This document shows positions 10,650 through 20,759 of a stretch of DNA of 63,270 bases, piece by piece. This stretch comes from Rikenella microfusus (lineage in GTDB: Bacteria; Bacteroidota; Bacteroidia; Bacteroidales; DYQK01), in contig DYQK01000003.1 of assembly GCA_020719385.1 (NCBI GenBank), positions 1 to 63,270 of the forward strand, read 5' to 3'. The notes under the pieces are model-generated. The model saw nothing but the letters and a program-made list of their open reading frames with translations, had not been told where the DNA came from and searched no databases. Position 1 is the stretch's first letter. Each line of letters opens with the position of its first letter. The position numbers and the translations under genes were made by a program.

Positions 10650-10991
10650 TTATTTCCATTTTGCAGAAATGTTTAAATCAATTTCTTTGGCAATCATTAA
10701 TTCTTTGTTTTCGTTTTGTAAACCGATGAGAGCCATTTCTAAATCATTTGTCAAAACACAAAGACAAAAATAATATGGGAAAATTTTAAATTTAAAATAT
10801 TTTTCTGCACCCTTTTCAAGCGAAGGATTATAAAATTGCAGTCGAAGAATTTGTTTTTCAAAAATTCTTCGCCACTCTGTCGGAGTAGAATCAATAAATT
10901 CATAACCTGCCTCACTAATAAAAAAATGTTTCTCTTTATTAACAAAACCGAAACCAAGTTTTTTGATTAAATTTTTGGGATTATTACTTAA
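10650..10991 (-). pseudogene. Start-less 113-codon open frame, probable restriction-endonuclease (AlwI-like) fragment
   Basis: My translation: LSNNPKNLIKKLGFGFVNKEKHFFISEAGYEFIDSTPTEWRRIFEKQILRLQFYNPSLEKGAEKYFKFKIFPYYFCLCVLTNDLEMALIG...SAKWK*. The nearest upstream ATG is out of frame. Confidence 0.5.
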
Positions 10992-11116
10992 TTATAAGTT
11001 TTATCATTACGAGACAAAAGTATAATATTTTTTGAGAAAAAACAAATTTTTTATAATTTTTTTTACAAAATCCCGAATTTTGTTATCTTTGCCAAAAAAA
11101 ATAAACAACTGATTTT

Positions 11117-11208
11117 ATGAACTGTCCCAAATGTGGCGTGACGGCACACACTTCACAAAGAATGGTTTTATCAATGGAAGACAACGATGGGAATGCAAGA
11201 AATTTTGA
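11117..11208 (+). mobile_element. IS1-family transposase (InsA zinc-ribbon) remnant, frameshifted
   Basis: MNCPKC in one frame continues as DGTHFTKNGFINGRQRWECKK in another, then a stop; matches the CPxC...KNG...GxQRxxCKxC pattern. Confidence 0.7.
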
Positions 11209-11301
11209 CTGTTACACCTTTTCCCTTCAAATATTTGCGAGAAAAGTATTTTGTTCAAAGAGTCTCTTGAGATAAAACTTTTTCTTATTTTCGAGAAATT
11301 T

Positions 11302-13482
11302 TCAATTTTTCGAAAAATTCCACTCAATTTTCATATCCCAATTCGCTTTAATTAAAATTTCTTTGGAATAATACAAAATTCGTTCAGGCTGAAGATGTTT
11401 TAAAAAATTTCCCGTTTCCCACTTCGCATTTTTATTTTTGTCAAAAATGGCTCGAAGTTGATATTTCGCAGGCGTTAAGTTTTCTATTTTCAACGTTTTA
11501 TCGTTTTGTAATAAAAATTCTTTGAGAACAACATTTTTCTCATTTAACAGTTGCAAAATAATTTGTCCTTGAGAAATAAAATTCTGCGAAGGCAACGTAT
11601 CTTTTGGCGGGAAAAAATGTTCAGTCATTTTAGCGATATTCGAAAGTTTAATTTCCAAATTTCCGTAGGCATCTTTTCGTTGAACGGCAAATTTCACGGT
11701 GCAGGAATCGTTTTGTTGCCCAAAAATATCGAGAAAAGCAAGGCTGTCGAGATAAAGTTTGTACGTTTTTCCTTCTTTCCATTTTGCAGCGAGATGAAAT
11801 TTTCGCAGTTGTGCAGAATCTTGAAAAATTCGAAACGAAACAGGAATTTCTAAGGAATATTTTTGCAAAACCGTATCTTTTTTTTGCGAAATAGTGTCGT
11901 TTAATTGGGGTTTTTGCGGAATTTTCATTTCACCAAAAAGTTTCTCTACTCGCGAGTAAAAAGTTTTATGGTCATAAAAAAATCGAAAATTTAATGTATC
12001 TTCATTGATAAAATTTTTCTCTTTGAGAGTAAAAATAAACGTATCTCGATTCGCATTTGGTTGAATATCAACAATTTGAGACTTTTTTTCATTATCAAAA
12101 ACTTCGATTTTCAAATCTTTTGTTGGACGTTTAAAAGCAATTTTAAACTGCGTTTCTGTTTGCCGCTTCGCTTCTGTAATCAATTGTTTTGGAATTTCGA
12201 GCAAATTTGTATCAGAAATTTCGTACAATTTCATTTTCGAAGTATCAAACCTCGCAACCGGATTTTCAAAATTCAAAAATAAATTCGCAAAAAAATCAAC
12301 AGAAGAATTATTTTTAAATTTTAACTTTGTCGCTTTATTTGTTGAGAAATAAACTGCTTCGAGAGTATCTGTAACGGCAAAAATATTTTCAACAGAATCT
12401 TGACGCAAAAAAGTGACTAAAAATTTCAGAGAATCTTTATTTTGCAAAATCGTGTCGGTGAGCCACAAAAAAACCGTGTCTTTTGAAAAATTTTTCTCAA
12501 GAATATTCCAATTTTTTTGCGTTTCAAAATTTAACAATTTAAACGCAATGCTGTCAAATATCAAGGGTTTTGAGAAACCAAGAATACATTTTCCTCTTTT
12601 TTCGCGATTTATTCCGTTGTTAAACTGCTTATTTTTATTTTCTGTAAACAAAAAAATGGTTAAATCATTTGGTTTTGCGAAATAATTTGTCTGCACAATA
12701 ACTGTGTCATTTTTGAGAGTATCTGTCATTTCAGGTTTCTCTGAATCGTGCAAAATTGTACCTTTTTTCAAGGAATCGCTCGAAGTTTTTACCTCAATAA
12801 ATGGCGAAATGATAGAATCTGCAAACGCAATTTCCTCATTTGGAAGGTCAAACTTGAGATTCGCATTCATATCGTGCAACGCAAAAAGTCGAAATTTCCC
12901 CTTTTTGATAAAATTAATATTAAAATTTCCTGACGTGTCGGTGCGCGTGGAATAATACGGAATCTCTTTGTACGGTGCGGAATCCGACAGATTTCGAAAC
13001 AACATTACAAAAATATCTTTGCGAGGTTTTCCCGTAAAAGCATCAATTAATTTTCCAGAAACGCCGAAGGAATCTATTTGCGAGTAAGTCGAAAAAACGT
13101 ATCGAAAATTGAGAATCGGATTAGATTCGTTTAAATCCACAATTGCATCGCCGAAATCAAGCGTGTAAGTTGTGCTATCTCGCAGCGAGTCGGGGAGATG
13201 AATAATTAAATTTTTATACTTCGCTTTGCATTCGGGCATTTCCTGCAGCGGCGGCGAAATCAAAAGTTTCTGTTCAACATTTTTCAAATCAATAAATTCG
13301 TCGAAACGAATGAGAATTTTTTTCGGTTTAACGTTCAACGATTTATATTCAGGAGAATATTTCGTTATTTTTGGGGGCAAAGAATCTTTCGGTCCTCCCG
13401 TAACACTTCCGACCTGAGCACAGGAAAACCAACACAATACAAAAAAGCATAACATTACAAAGTAAACAAAAAAATTTTTCAC
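11302..13482 (-). CDS. Ig-like (Big_5) domain lipoprotein
   Basis: SCAQVGSVTGGPKDSLPP, FDEFI, TTYTLDFGDAIVDLNE, C-terminal DKNKNAKWETG...QPE. Confidence 0.85.
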   Translation of the reverse strand: MKNFFVYFVMLCFFVLCWFSCAQVGSVTGGPKDSLPPKITKYSPEYKSLNVKPKKILIRFDEFIDLKNVEQKLLISPPLQEMPECKAKYKNLIIHLPDSLRDSTTYTLDFGDAIVDLNESNPILNFRYVFSTYSQIDSFGVSGKLIDAFTGKPRKDIFVMLFRNLSDSAPYKEIPYYSTRTDTSGNFNINFIKKGKFRLFALHDMNANLKFDLPNEEIAFADSIISPFIEVKTSSDSLKKGTILHDSEKPEMTDTLKNDTVIVQTNYFAKPNDLTIFLFTENKNKQFNNGINREKRGKCILGFSKPLIFDSIAFKLLNFETQKNWNILEKNFSKDTVFLWLTDTILQNKDSLKFLVTFLRQDSVENIFAVTDTLEAVYFSTNKATKLKFKNNSSVDFFANLFLNFENPVARFDTSKMKLYEISDTNLLEIPKQLITEAKRQTETQFKIAFKRPTKDLKIEVFDNEKKSQIVDIQPNANRDTFIFTLKEKNFINEDTLNFRFFYDHKTFYSRVEKLFGEMKIPQKPQLNDTISQKKDTVLQKYSLEIPVSFRIFQDSAQLRKFHLAAKWKEGKTYKLYLDSLAFLDIFGQQNDSCTVKFAVQRKDAYGNLEIKLSNIAKMTEHFFPPKDTLPSQNFISQGQIILQLLNEKNVVLKEFLLQNDKTLKIENLTPAKYQLRAIFDKNKNAKWETGNFLKHLQPERILYYSKEILIKANWDMKIEWNFSKN

Positions 13483-13669
13483 AATTAAAAAATTTTACAT
13501 AAAAATTCACCGCAAAGATAAAATAAATTTCAGAAATAATATTTTTTAGCCCGATTTTTCGTTGTAAAATAAATATTTCTCAAAAATATCGAAGAAATAT
13601 TTTGCAAATACGAAAAAAAATTATAATTTTGCCGTGTTTTCGAAAACAAAATTTTAACTGCAAAAAGCA

Positions 13670-14029
13670 ATGGATTTATTGAAAATCGCAGAAGGTCAAT
13701 TTGCTACCTCAAAAGAAAAGGGATTTCCTAAATTTATTAGCGGCGATACGGTTACGGTACATTATAAAATCGTCGAAGGAAATAAAGAACGTGTGCAGCA
13801 ATTCCGCGGTGTAGTGATACAACGCAAAGGTGCGGGTAACACTCGAACTTTTACCATTCGTAAAATGTCAGGAAACGTAGGCGTTGAGCGTATTTTCCCA
13901 TACTCTTCACCGTTTATTGAACAAATCGAAGTGAATAAAAGAGGTAAAGTTCGTCGCGCGCGAATTTATTATCTTCGAGATTTAACAGGGAAAAAAGCCC
14001 GTATCAAAGAAAGAAAATATACAAATTAA
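13670..14029 (+). CDS. rplS: 50S ribosomal protein L19
   Basis: [45 protein letters not shown]. Confidence 0.99.
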   Translation: MDLLKIAEGQFATSKEKGFPKFISGDTVTVHYKIVEGNKERVQQFRGVVIQRKGAGNTRTFTIRKMSGNVGVERIFPYSSPFIEQIEVNKRGKVRRARIYYLRDLTGKKARIKERKYTN

Positions 14030-14073
14030 TTTCTTTCCCGCAATGTGTCGATGGCAAAATCGAATACGCAAAG

Positions 14074-14112
14074 CAAAAGGTCTATCTCTCCCTCGAAAAG
14101 ATAGTCCTTTTG
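14074..14112 (+). terminator. Hairpin terminator after rplS
   Basis: caaaagg-t-ctatct...agatag-t-ccttttg. Confidence 0.6.
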
Positions 14113-14129
14113 TTATTTTTGCCCAAAAA

Positions 14130-14450
14130 ATGTTGTTATTTTTTTTCATTTTTTCGATATTTCTAATGAACAGCTGCACCATGCCGATTCAAAAAATTGT
14201 GAAAAATCCTAAAAAATATCACGGAAAAATCGTTCAGGTTAAAGGCACTGTTATTGAAGCACTCGGTTTAAAAAAAATTCGCGTTTATGCTATCAAAGAC
14301 CAGTCGGGAGGTACAATTTTAATCAACACATACAGAAAACTGCCTCGCGTGGGCGAAAAAGTTAAAATCAAAGGCAGAGTCCGAAATAATTATACTTTTG
14401 AACGAAAAAAAATTCTTATTATTGAGGAAAAAAAACGAATCAAAAAATAA
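14130..14450 (+). CDS. Small putative OB-fold lipoprotein
   Basis: Hydrophobic N-terminus ending MNSC; IVKNPKKYHGKIVQVKGTV, IKDQSGGTI, GEKVKIKGRV. Start at ATG 14130 follows a TAnnTTTG box. Confidence 0.6.
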   Translation: MLLFFFIFSIFLMNSCTMPIQKIVKNPKKYHGKIVQVKGTVIEALGLKKIRVYAIKDQSGGTILINTYRKLPRVGEKVKIKGRVRNNYTFERKKILIIEEKKRIKK

Positions 14451-14533
14451 CGTTGCGAAATTTTTAAAGCAACGTTTTTTATTTCTCAAAAGTTTTGTAA
14501 TTTTGCAAAATAAAACCAAAAAATTTTTTCGCT

Positions 14534-14827
14534 GTGAAAAACGAACAAAAACATTTCTCTATGCCTGCTCTCGAAGTTTTAGATGAGAAAAGTACAAAAA
14601 ATAAGGGCAGTCATTTTTTGATTTTGCACAACGATGACATCAATACGTTCGAGTTTGTCATCGACTCGTTGATAGAAATTTGCGAACATAATCTCGAGCA
14701 AGCCGAACAATGTGCTTTTATCACGCATTCGAAAGGAAAATGTGATGTCAAGAAAGGAACAATGAAAAAGTTAAAACCAATGAAAAACGCATTAATCGAA
14801 AGAGGTTTAAAAGCGACAATCGATTGA
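14534..14827 (+). CDS. clpS: ATP-dependent Clp protease adaptor ClpS
   Basis: LILHNDDINTFEFVI, QAEQCAFITHSKGKCDVK. Confidence 0.92.
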   Translation: MKNEQKHFSMPALEVLDEKSTKNKGSHFLILHNDDINTFEFVIDSLIEICEHNLEQAEQCAFITHSKGKCDVKKGTMKKLKPMKNALIERGLKATID

Positions 14828-14840
14828 ATATCAACATTTT

Positions 14841-16535
14841 ATGGCAAAACTTTCGTTTAAAACTTTAACAGGCAAAACCCTTCGTCTTGATGAGAATGAT
14901 GAAATTCATCGAGGCGGTGAAGGTAGAATTTTGTCCATTGCTGAAAATCCAAATCTCGTTGCAAAAATTTATCACGACCAAATCTCGCCAATTTCTGAAG
15001 AACAATTTCAATTTCTCACAAAATTGGACAAAAATTTGTTTGTTACCCCGCAAGATTTATTGTTAGACACAAAAACGAAAAAAATTTGCGGATTTACGAT
15101 GGAATATATCGGGAAAGATTTTTTCCCTTTGAGTTCTTTGTTCATAAAAAGTTTTTGTCAGAGAACGCAAATGAACGAAATTGTCAAGCAAAAAATTGCC
15201 GAATCGTTGATTGCCGTAGTGAAAATTGCACACGAAAATAAAATGGTTATCGGAGATTTTAACCAATACAACATTTTAGTGAACGCACAGGGAGAAATAA
15301 AATGTATCGATATTGACTCGTATCAGACGCCGCAACATCAACATTCAGGAATTTTGTTAGACGACATTCGCGATTATTTTTACGGAGGAAAAGTTTGCGA
15401 AAACAGCGATTTTTTCGCCCTTTCGATTTTGATTTTTTCGATTTTTACTTACGTGCATCCGTTTAAAGGAATTCACAAAATTTATAAACAACTCTCGGAG
15501 CGAATGATTATGAGATTGCCGATTTTTGCGAATTCGCCCGATATGATTGTGCCGAAATGTTATGAACCCTTGAATAATGCGGATTTGCAACAACAATTCT
15601 CGCGTTTTTATTTGCAAGGACACAGATTTTTACTTTCTCTCGAAAAACAAATTATTCCGACAACACAAAAAATTGCAACAACAATTCTTCCGCAGAAAGA
15701 CTTGATTATCAACGAGATAATGAAGCAAGAAAAAATACAAAATATTTATTTTCTGCAAAATATCGGTTATATCGAAACAGACAAAAATTTTGTCGTTTAT
15801 AAAATTTTTGGAAAAGGCAATTTTTCAGTTTTAGAAACTTTCTCGAAAAGCGAATTTTCGAAAATTTATCTGTCTGCGAAAAATATTTTGTTGCGAAAAG
15901 AAAATAAATTGTTTCATTATAAATCGAAAACAGAAATTGTTGAACTGACAAATTTTATTTTTCCTAATGAATTTTTGGAGAATGTTTACAACGACATTTT
16001 AATGGTTCTCGGTGACGGAATAATGAGTTGGATTTATCTTAACGATGTGATAAACAAATCGATACAAAATAAACGCTTCGATGTTTTTGTGCGTGGTTTT
16101 CAACATTGCGGCAGTATTTTGCAAAATGCAGGCGGCGTTTTGCGAATTTTTTACCCAACAGGAAACGACCTTGCGAGTGTGAAAGTTGCGTTAAATGTGA
16201 AGCAATTGTATCAACAAAATCATCTCGGTGCGGTGCAATATATCGAAAATAATGAAATTCATCACCGTTATTTTCGACTTCGCGGTTTGCAGTTTGAGTT
16301 AGCAAATTTTGAGATAAATTCTATGAAAAATTTTGGTTTCTCAATGACAAAAGACAACGAAGGTTTTATTTTCGAGCCTTCAGATAACAATTTGAAAATT
16401 CTGCGAAGTCTTGATTTTGCCACAGTTTCGGAGTTAGAATGTTCAATCATTTCGGAACATTCTGTGGTTCAACACTCCGCGGCAGGCATTTGGGTTTGGG
16501 AAAATGATGCCGTTTATTTGTTAAATAAAAAGTAA
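14841..16535 (+). CDS. Ser/Thr protein kinase, YegI/TerY-triad-like, with unknown C-terminal domain
   Basis: HRGGEG loop, LVAKIYH, IGDFNQYNILV, IDIDSYQ, SDFFAL...HPFKG. Confidence 0.8.
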   Translation: MAKLSFKTLTGKTLRLDENDEIHRGGEGRILSIAENPNLVAKIYHDQISPISEEQFQFLTKLDKNLFVTPQDLLLDTKTKKICGFTMEYIGKDFFPLSSLFIKSFCQRTQMNEIVKQKIAESLIAVVKIAHENKMVIGDFNQYNILVNAQGEIKCIDIDSYQTPQHQHSGILLDDIRDYFYGGKVCENSDFFALSILIFSIFTYVHPFKGIHKIYKQLSERMIMRLPIFANSPDMIVPKCYEPLNNADLQQQFSRFYLQGHRFLLSLEKQIIPTTQKIATTILPQKDLIINEIMKQEKIQNIYFLQNIGYIETDKNFVVYKIFGKGNFSVLETFSKSEFSKIYLSAKNILLRKENKLFHYKSKTEIVELTNFIFPNEFLENVYNDILMVLGDGIMSWIYLNDVINKSIQNKRFDVFVRGFQHCGSILQNAGGVLRIFYPTGNDLASVKVALNVKQLYQQNHLGAVQYIENNEIHHRYFRLRGLQFELANFEINSMKNFGFSMTKDNEGFIFEPSDNNLKILRSLDFATVSELECSIISEHSVVQHSAAGIWVWENDAVYLLNKK

Positions 16536-16544
16536 AAAAATCTT

Positions 16545-16579
16545 AATCTGTCAAATTTTTTCACAAAATCTGACAGATT
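16545..16579. repeat. CTGACA-core REP-like hairpin between convergent genes
   Basis: aatctgtcaaatttt...aaaatctgacagatt. Confidence 0.7.
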
Positions 16580-16606
16580 TTTTATAAAATTCACATTCTG
16601 AAAAGT

Positions 16607-17467
16607 TTAAAATCGAAATAAATTAGGAAAATATTTTAAAAAAACATCAACGCCGAGAAAAACGATGATTAAAAACATAAAAAACACAAAAATTTGCAAA
16701 AAAGTAATTCGACTATTTGCCGTTCCAACTTTTTTGAGAATTTCAGCATCCTGCATTTGCGAAGTTAAACTTTTTTGCTCGTTCAAAACTACTTGTTCCT
16801 GTTGAAAAATCGAGTAAATATTTGTATCCAAATGATTCAATCTGTCAGTGAGATTTGCTTTTTCCAAAACTTCTGTCAATTTGGCAGTTTGCAGCGAGAG
16901 TCTATTAATTGTGTCTGTTTGTTTTTGATTCAAAGTAGTTAAATCGTTGATTTGTCGGCGAGATTCGGCAAGCGTTGTCTCAATAATTTGTTGAAAACGC
17001 AACTCATTTCCCTGCACTTGCTGCTGAATTTGAAGCAAAAATTTATTTAATTCCTCCGTATTTGTTTTTAAAATTTGCAAAAAACTCTGCGTTTGTTTGT
17101 CCGAATTTTCCTGCAAAGAAGTCAGAAAAGTTTTATTGGTGTCAATTTGCAGCTGCAAAATTTTCGTAAAATCGTCTATTTTTGCAGAAAATTCACTTGG
17201 AATACCTGTTTTCCCTGACTCAACTTTCTTCAACAAATTTTCAATTTGCATCTGATTTTTTGTAGTAAATTCACTTATCGAAGTTTGATGCAAATTCGAA
17301 ATCTCTTTCAAATGGGCAATATAAGCAGTTAACAAACTTTCAACCGTTTCGACAACTTTTTTTGCCGCAAACTCGGTGCGAGAAATTTGTTCGGTGGCAG
17401 TTTTTAATTCTAACAAAGTTTCCTGCATTTGAGAAAGTTCCTCGTTAATTTTTTCCTGTGTATCCAT
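16607..17467 (-). CDS. Coiled-coil protein with C-terminal membrane anchor
   Basis: Q/E/L/T-rich heptad sequence, TM ITFLQIFVFFMFLIIVFLGV; overlaps the upstream ORF by 23 nt. Confidence 0.8.
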   Translation of the reverse strand: MDTQEKINEELSQMQETLLELKTATEQISRTEFAAKKVVETVESLLTAYIAHLKEISNLHQTSISEFTTKNQMQIENLLKKVESGKTGIPSEFSAKIDDFTKILQLQIDTNKTFLTSLQENSDKQTQSFLQILKTNTEELNKFLLQIQQQVQGNELRFQQIIETTLAESRRQINDLTTLNQKQTDTINRLSLQTAKLTEVLEKANLTDRLNHLDTNIYSIFQQEQVVLNEQKSLTSQMQDAEILKKVGTANSRITFLQIFVFFMFLIIVFLGVDVFLKYFPNLFRF

Positions 17468-20400
17468 ATAAAAATTGGGTTTTGAATTTTTTTAACCAAT
17501 CTGAATAAATTTTCAAATTTTTTAATTGTTCCTCAAGTGTTTGATAATCAACGAATAACGAATTTTCAAAATCAACAACACTCGACGACAAAGATGTAAA
17601 TTTTTTGCGACAAAACTCGAATAATTTCTCTTTTTCGACTTTTTTCGACTCAAAAATTTCGATTTTTTGTGAAAAACTTTTTTCCAACAACTCTCTAAAA
17701 TTACAATTTTCGTTTTTCGAAACAGAAAATTTGATTTTCCAATTTTTTTCATTGACAGAAATGTCCTCAAAAATTTTCGAAAACGTCAACATTGTCTCAA
17801 ACAACGATTTTTCATAAGGCACTTCAAAAGTTAATTTCTCGTGGAGTGATAATTTCTCAAAAACTTCTGTAAATCCTTGAATTTCAATGCTTTCTGTGTA
17901 ATTTTCCAACCACTCGAAAACAGAAACTTTATTTTGTTTTTGCTCCTCAATTTTTTCTTTTGTAAATTCTAACAACTTGATAGTCAAAGACTTATCAAAA
18001 TTGCTGTACTCATTTTTTAGCACATTTTTTGAAAAATCAAGCGAACCAAAAGTTTTATTTTCTTTGTTCAAAAATAATTGCTGCGGATTTTCAGAAGGAT
18101 AAGGCAAAAACTCCACTTTTTCACCGAACTCTTTGAAAATCAATTGTTTAATGATTTCTGCATTTTTCACTTTTTCGTTCACAAAACCGTTGCAAAGTTT
18201 TTCGATATTCCGTTTTTGTGTCTCAAAAAAAGTTTCAGTAACTATTTGATTATCAAGAAGTAAAAATATTTTCGAATGATTTTTTGCCGCTCTATTAAAC
18301 GCAAACCACGATTCTTTTGTGGCAGGAATTTCGCAAAAAATTATCGCATCGGCAACAGAATATAACGACAAATCCATTGAAAATGAAGCAATTAACAACG
18401 AAGTTTCGCCCTCACGCCAAGAGTGATAATTCTCCTCCGATTCTATTGCTTTGAGATTCGAAATTTCACTTTCAAAATTGCCAAAAAACATCGACATTTT
18501 CCATTCAGAGAAAACATTTTTTAACTTTTCATAAATTTCTTTAACATTTTTTTCAGATTTTGTAACGATTAAAACTTTCTTTTTCTGCAACGAATTTAAC
18601 TTTTCCGACAATATTTGTGTAATTTTTTCTGTTTTATTTGAAGTTTCAAACATTTGAAAAGACAAATTTAACGACAAAAATTGAAATTCTAACATCTGAA
18701 AAGACGAAATTTTTAATTCTTGAGAAATATCAACTTTTACATTTTCGTTGTGCGGCAGCGAAAACGCAAAAATCGGTAACTCATTGAAATTGCTTATTTT
18801 ACACAGATTTCGAACATTTTTTACCACATTTGCGTAGAAAAAATGAAAATCATAACTCCACGGCGAAAGTCGTTGTATATTGTCGAGAATGGCAAAACTA
18901 AAAGAAGAATTATTTTTTTCTAAAATCTCTCTAAACTCTTGATTTTGAAAGACTTGCGGAGTAATAAACACAAAAGCCGCTTCGTTATTTAACAGTTTTT
19001 GATACTCTTTTCCTCGCAAAAACTTAGGTTTCCAATTTTCAGAAAATATCGCAAAACTATCAATTTTTTGATTTTTCAAATCTCGAATATGCTCTTGAAT
19101 CGCAAGATGATAAGGCAAAATCGTTAAAACCGTGCTTGGCTGTAGCATTGCCGCAAAAAGACAACTCACCGCCTTGTCCTGCAACGAAACATTGGTCGCA
19201 CAAAAAGATTGCGAAATCAAAATTTTATTTAAAATATTCCATTGAGTGTCGTTAAATGTTGGAATTTGAAAAATATTTTTTAACAAATATTCCATCGCAA
19301 CTCGTTGATTTTCAGAAACTTGCGAGTACGCAATATTCGGTGCATCAGCAAATTTTCGAAAAGAGTGAATTCTATACGAAGACCGAATTTTAACTTTTCC
19401 CTTCGCAGCCGTTTTCGCAAAAGTATCAAAAACAAATTTTCGCTGCAAAACAGAAATATCAATTAATAAATCAAAAATTTCATCAGAATCGAAATTTTGC
19501 AAATGTTTAATAATGTTAAAATTGTTTAAATCGCATTTGGCAAATTCAGAAGTGTTAAAAATTGTTAAATTTATTTGCGGAAAAAACTTTTGAACATTCG
19601 CACTTTCCCACAATTTCTCAAACCAAATTTTTAAATCTTGAAACGCAAGAGCCGCACAAGGCACATCTCTTTCAATAACAGCAATGTTAAACGCTTGATT
19701 TTCAACATCAAACGAAATATTTTTCGAAATCAAAAATTCAATAAAAACTTTTTGTATTCTTGCAATTGCAAACGGCGACAAACTCCATTGCAACGCTTCT
19801 CTGCCTTGCGAGCTCAGGAATAACGGGCTTTCGAAATTTTTTGTTAAAATATCAAAAAATTCGTTAAAAGTAAATTCCGACAAAGGTTGTAAATCTTCAG
19901 AATTTAACGTGTAAAAATTTTCAGACGCAATAGAAAACAAATTTGCCCATTTTAAATTTGCAAAAAATTCTTTTCTAAAATTCTCTGTATTTTCGTCAGG
20001 AATATTTTTCGATTCGTCAATTTTTATGGCAATATTAAGTGGTTGATTTTCAATATGATACGGAATAGAAAATAAAAAGTCTATCTCGATTTGCGAGATA
20101 GACTTTTCAAATTTTTCTGTATTTACTTCGGCAAAAGTTAAAATTTCAGAAATATTGGGTTTTGGTTCTAAAAGTTGAAAATATTTGTCTCCAAAATTGT
20201 CAAGTAAAATATTGTACCAAAAATTTACTTCATTTTTCGACAAAACAGGATTATTTTCGGTATTTTCTGCATATCTAACTGCTTGATTCTTACGATTTAA
20301 ACGTGGTTCAATGATGTGCAAAGCGCGAAATAAATTTTCAGCAATCAAAGAAAATTCGATTTTGAGATGTTCGAAAAATTTTTCGTTCAAGAATGCCGAA

Positions 20401-20603
20401 GGGCGAGTCGGTAACCCTCGCGTTATCAAGTTGTTAGCAACTGCGAGAAACGAATCGTTGGTTTTTTGTAAAATAGAAAACGAAGTTTCGCATTCGAAAA
20501 AAGATAATTCTTTAGTCAATTTTTCGATTTTTGTTTTATATGAAAAATCCTTGTATAAATCAAAGATTTGGTCGAAAAAATAGCCTGCTTGTAATTGAGA
20601 CAT
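17445..20603 (-). CDS. Large RecQ-like SF2 helicase homologue with degenerate motifs
   Basis: Motifs in RecQ order but altered: FNDTQ, VSLQDKA, ILPYHL, ITPQVF, ILDNIQRLSPWSYDF, SFSMDL, FNRAAK. Confidence 0.7.
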   Translation of the reverse strand: MSQLQAGYFFDQIFDLYKDFSYKTKIEKLTKELSFFECETSFSILQKTNDSFLAVANNLITRGLPTRPSAFLNEKFFEHLKIEFSLIAENLFRALHIIEPRLNRKNQAVRYAENTENNPVLSKNEVNFWYNILLDNFGDKYFQLLEPKPNISEILTFAEVNTEKFEKSISQIEIDFLFSIPYHIENQPLNIAIKIDESKNIPDENTENFRKEFFANLKWANLFSIASENFYTLNSEDLQPLSEFTFNEFFDILTKNFESPLFLSSQGREALQWSLSPFAIARIQKVFIEFLISKNISFDVENQAFNIAVIERDVPCAALAFQDLKIWFEKLWESANVQKFFPQINLTIFNTSEFAKCDLNNFNIIKHLQNFDSDEIFDLLIDISVLQRKFVFDTFAKTAAKGKVKIRSSYRIHSFRKFADAPNIAYSQVSENQRVAMEYLLKNIFQIPTFNDTQWNILNKILISQSFCATNVSLQDKAVSCLFAAMLQPSTVLTILPYHLAIQEHIRDLKNQKIDSFAIFSENWKPKFLRGKEYQKLLNNEAAFVFITPQVFQNQEFREILEKNNSSFSFAILDNIQRLSPWSYDFHFFYANVVKNVRNLCKISNFNELPIFAFSLPHNENVKVDISQELKISSFQMLEFQFLSLNLSFQMFETSNKTEKITQILSEKLNSLQKKKVLIVTKSEKNVKEIYEKLKNVFSEWKMSMFFGNFESEISNLKAIESEENYHSWREGETSLLIASFSMDLSLYSVADAIIFCEIPATKESWFAFNRAAKNHSKIFLLLDNQIVTETFFETQKRNIEKLCNGFVNEKVKNAEIIKQLIFKEFGEKVEFLPYPSENPQQLFLNKENKTFGSLDFSKNVLKNEYSNFDKSLTIKLLEFTKEKIEEQKQNKVSVFEWLENYTESIEIQGFTEVFEKLSLHEKLTFEVPYEKSLFETMLTFSKIFEDISVNEKNWKIKFSVSKNENCNFRELLEKSFSQKIEIFESKKVEKEKLFEFCRKKFTSLSSSVVDFENSLFVDYQTLEEQLKNLKIYSDWLKKFKTQFLYGYTGKN

Positions 20604-20759
20604 AAAATTTTTATTTTAGAATGGCAAAGATAAAAAAGTTTTGCGAAATGAAAAATTTTTTGTTTATTTTTGTGAGAAAATTTTTTTCAAAAAAAAATTT
20701 AATTTTTAGTTGATTATTTAACTTTTTTTATTACTTTTGCAAAAAAGTTTTTTACGATT

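Noticed and set aside
10751..10957. 68-aa ORF from the ORF track
   Set aside because: An overlapping frame (10650-10991) is longer and more protein-like
14841..20603. Kinase plus pseudo-helicase plus coiled coil as one three-gene system
   Set aside because: The kinase is convergent and separated by a hairpin; adjacency means little in this shuffled genome
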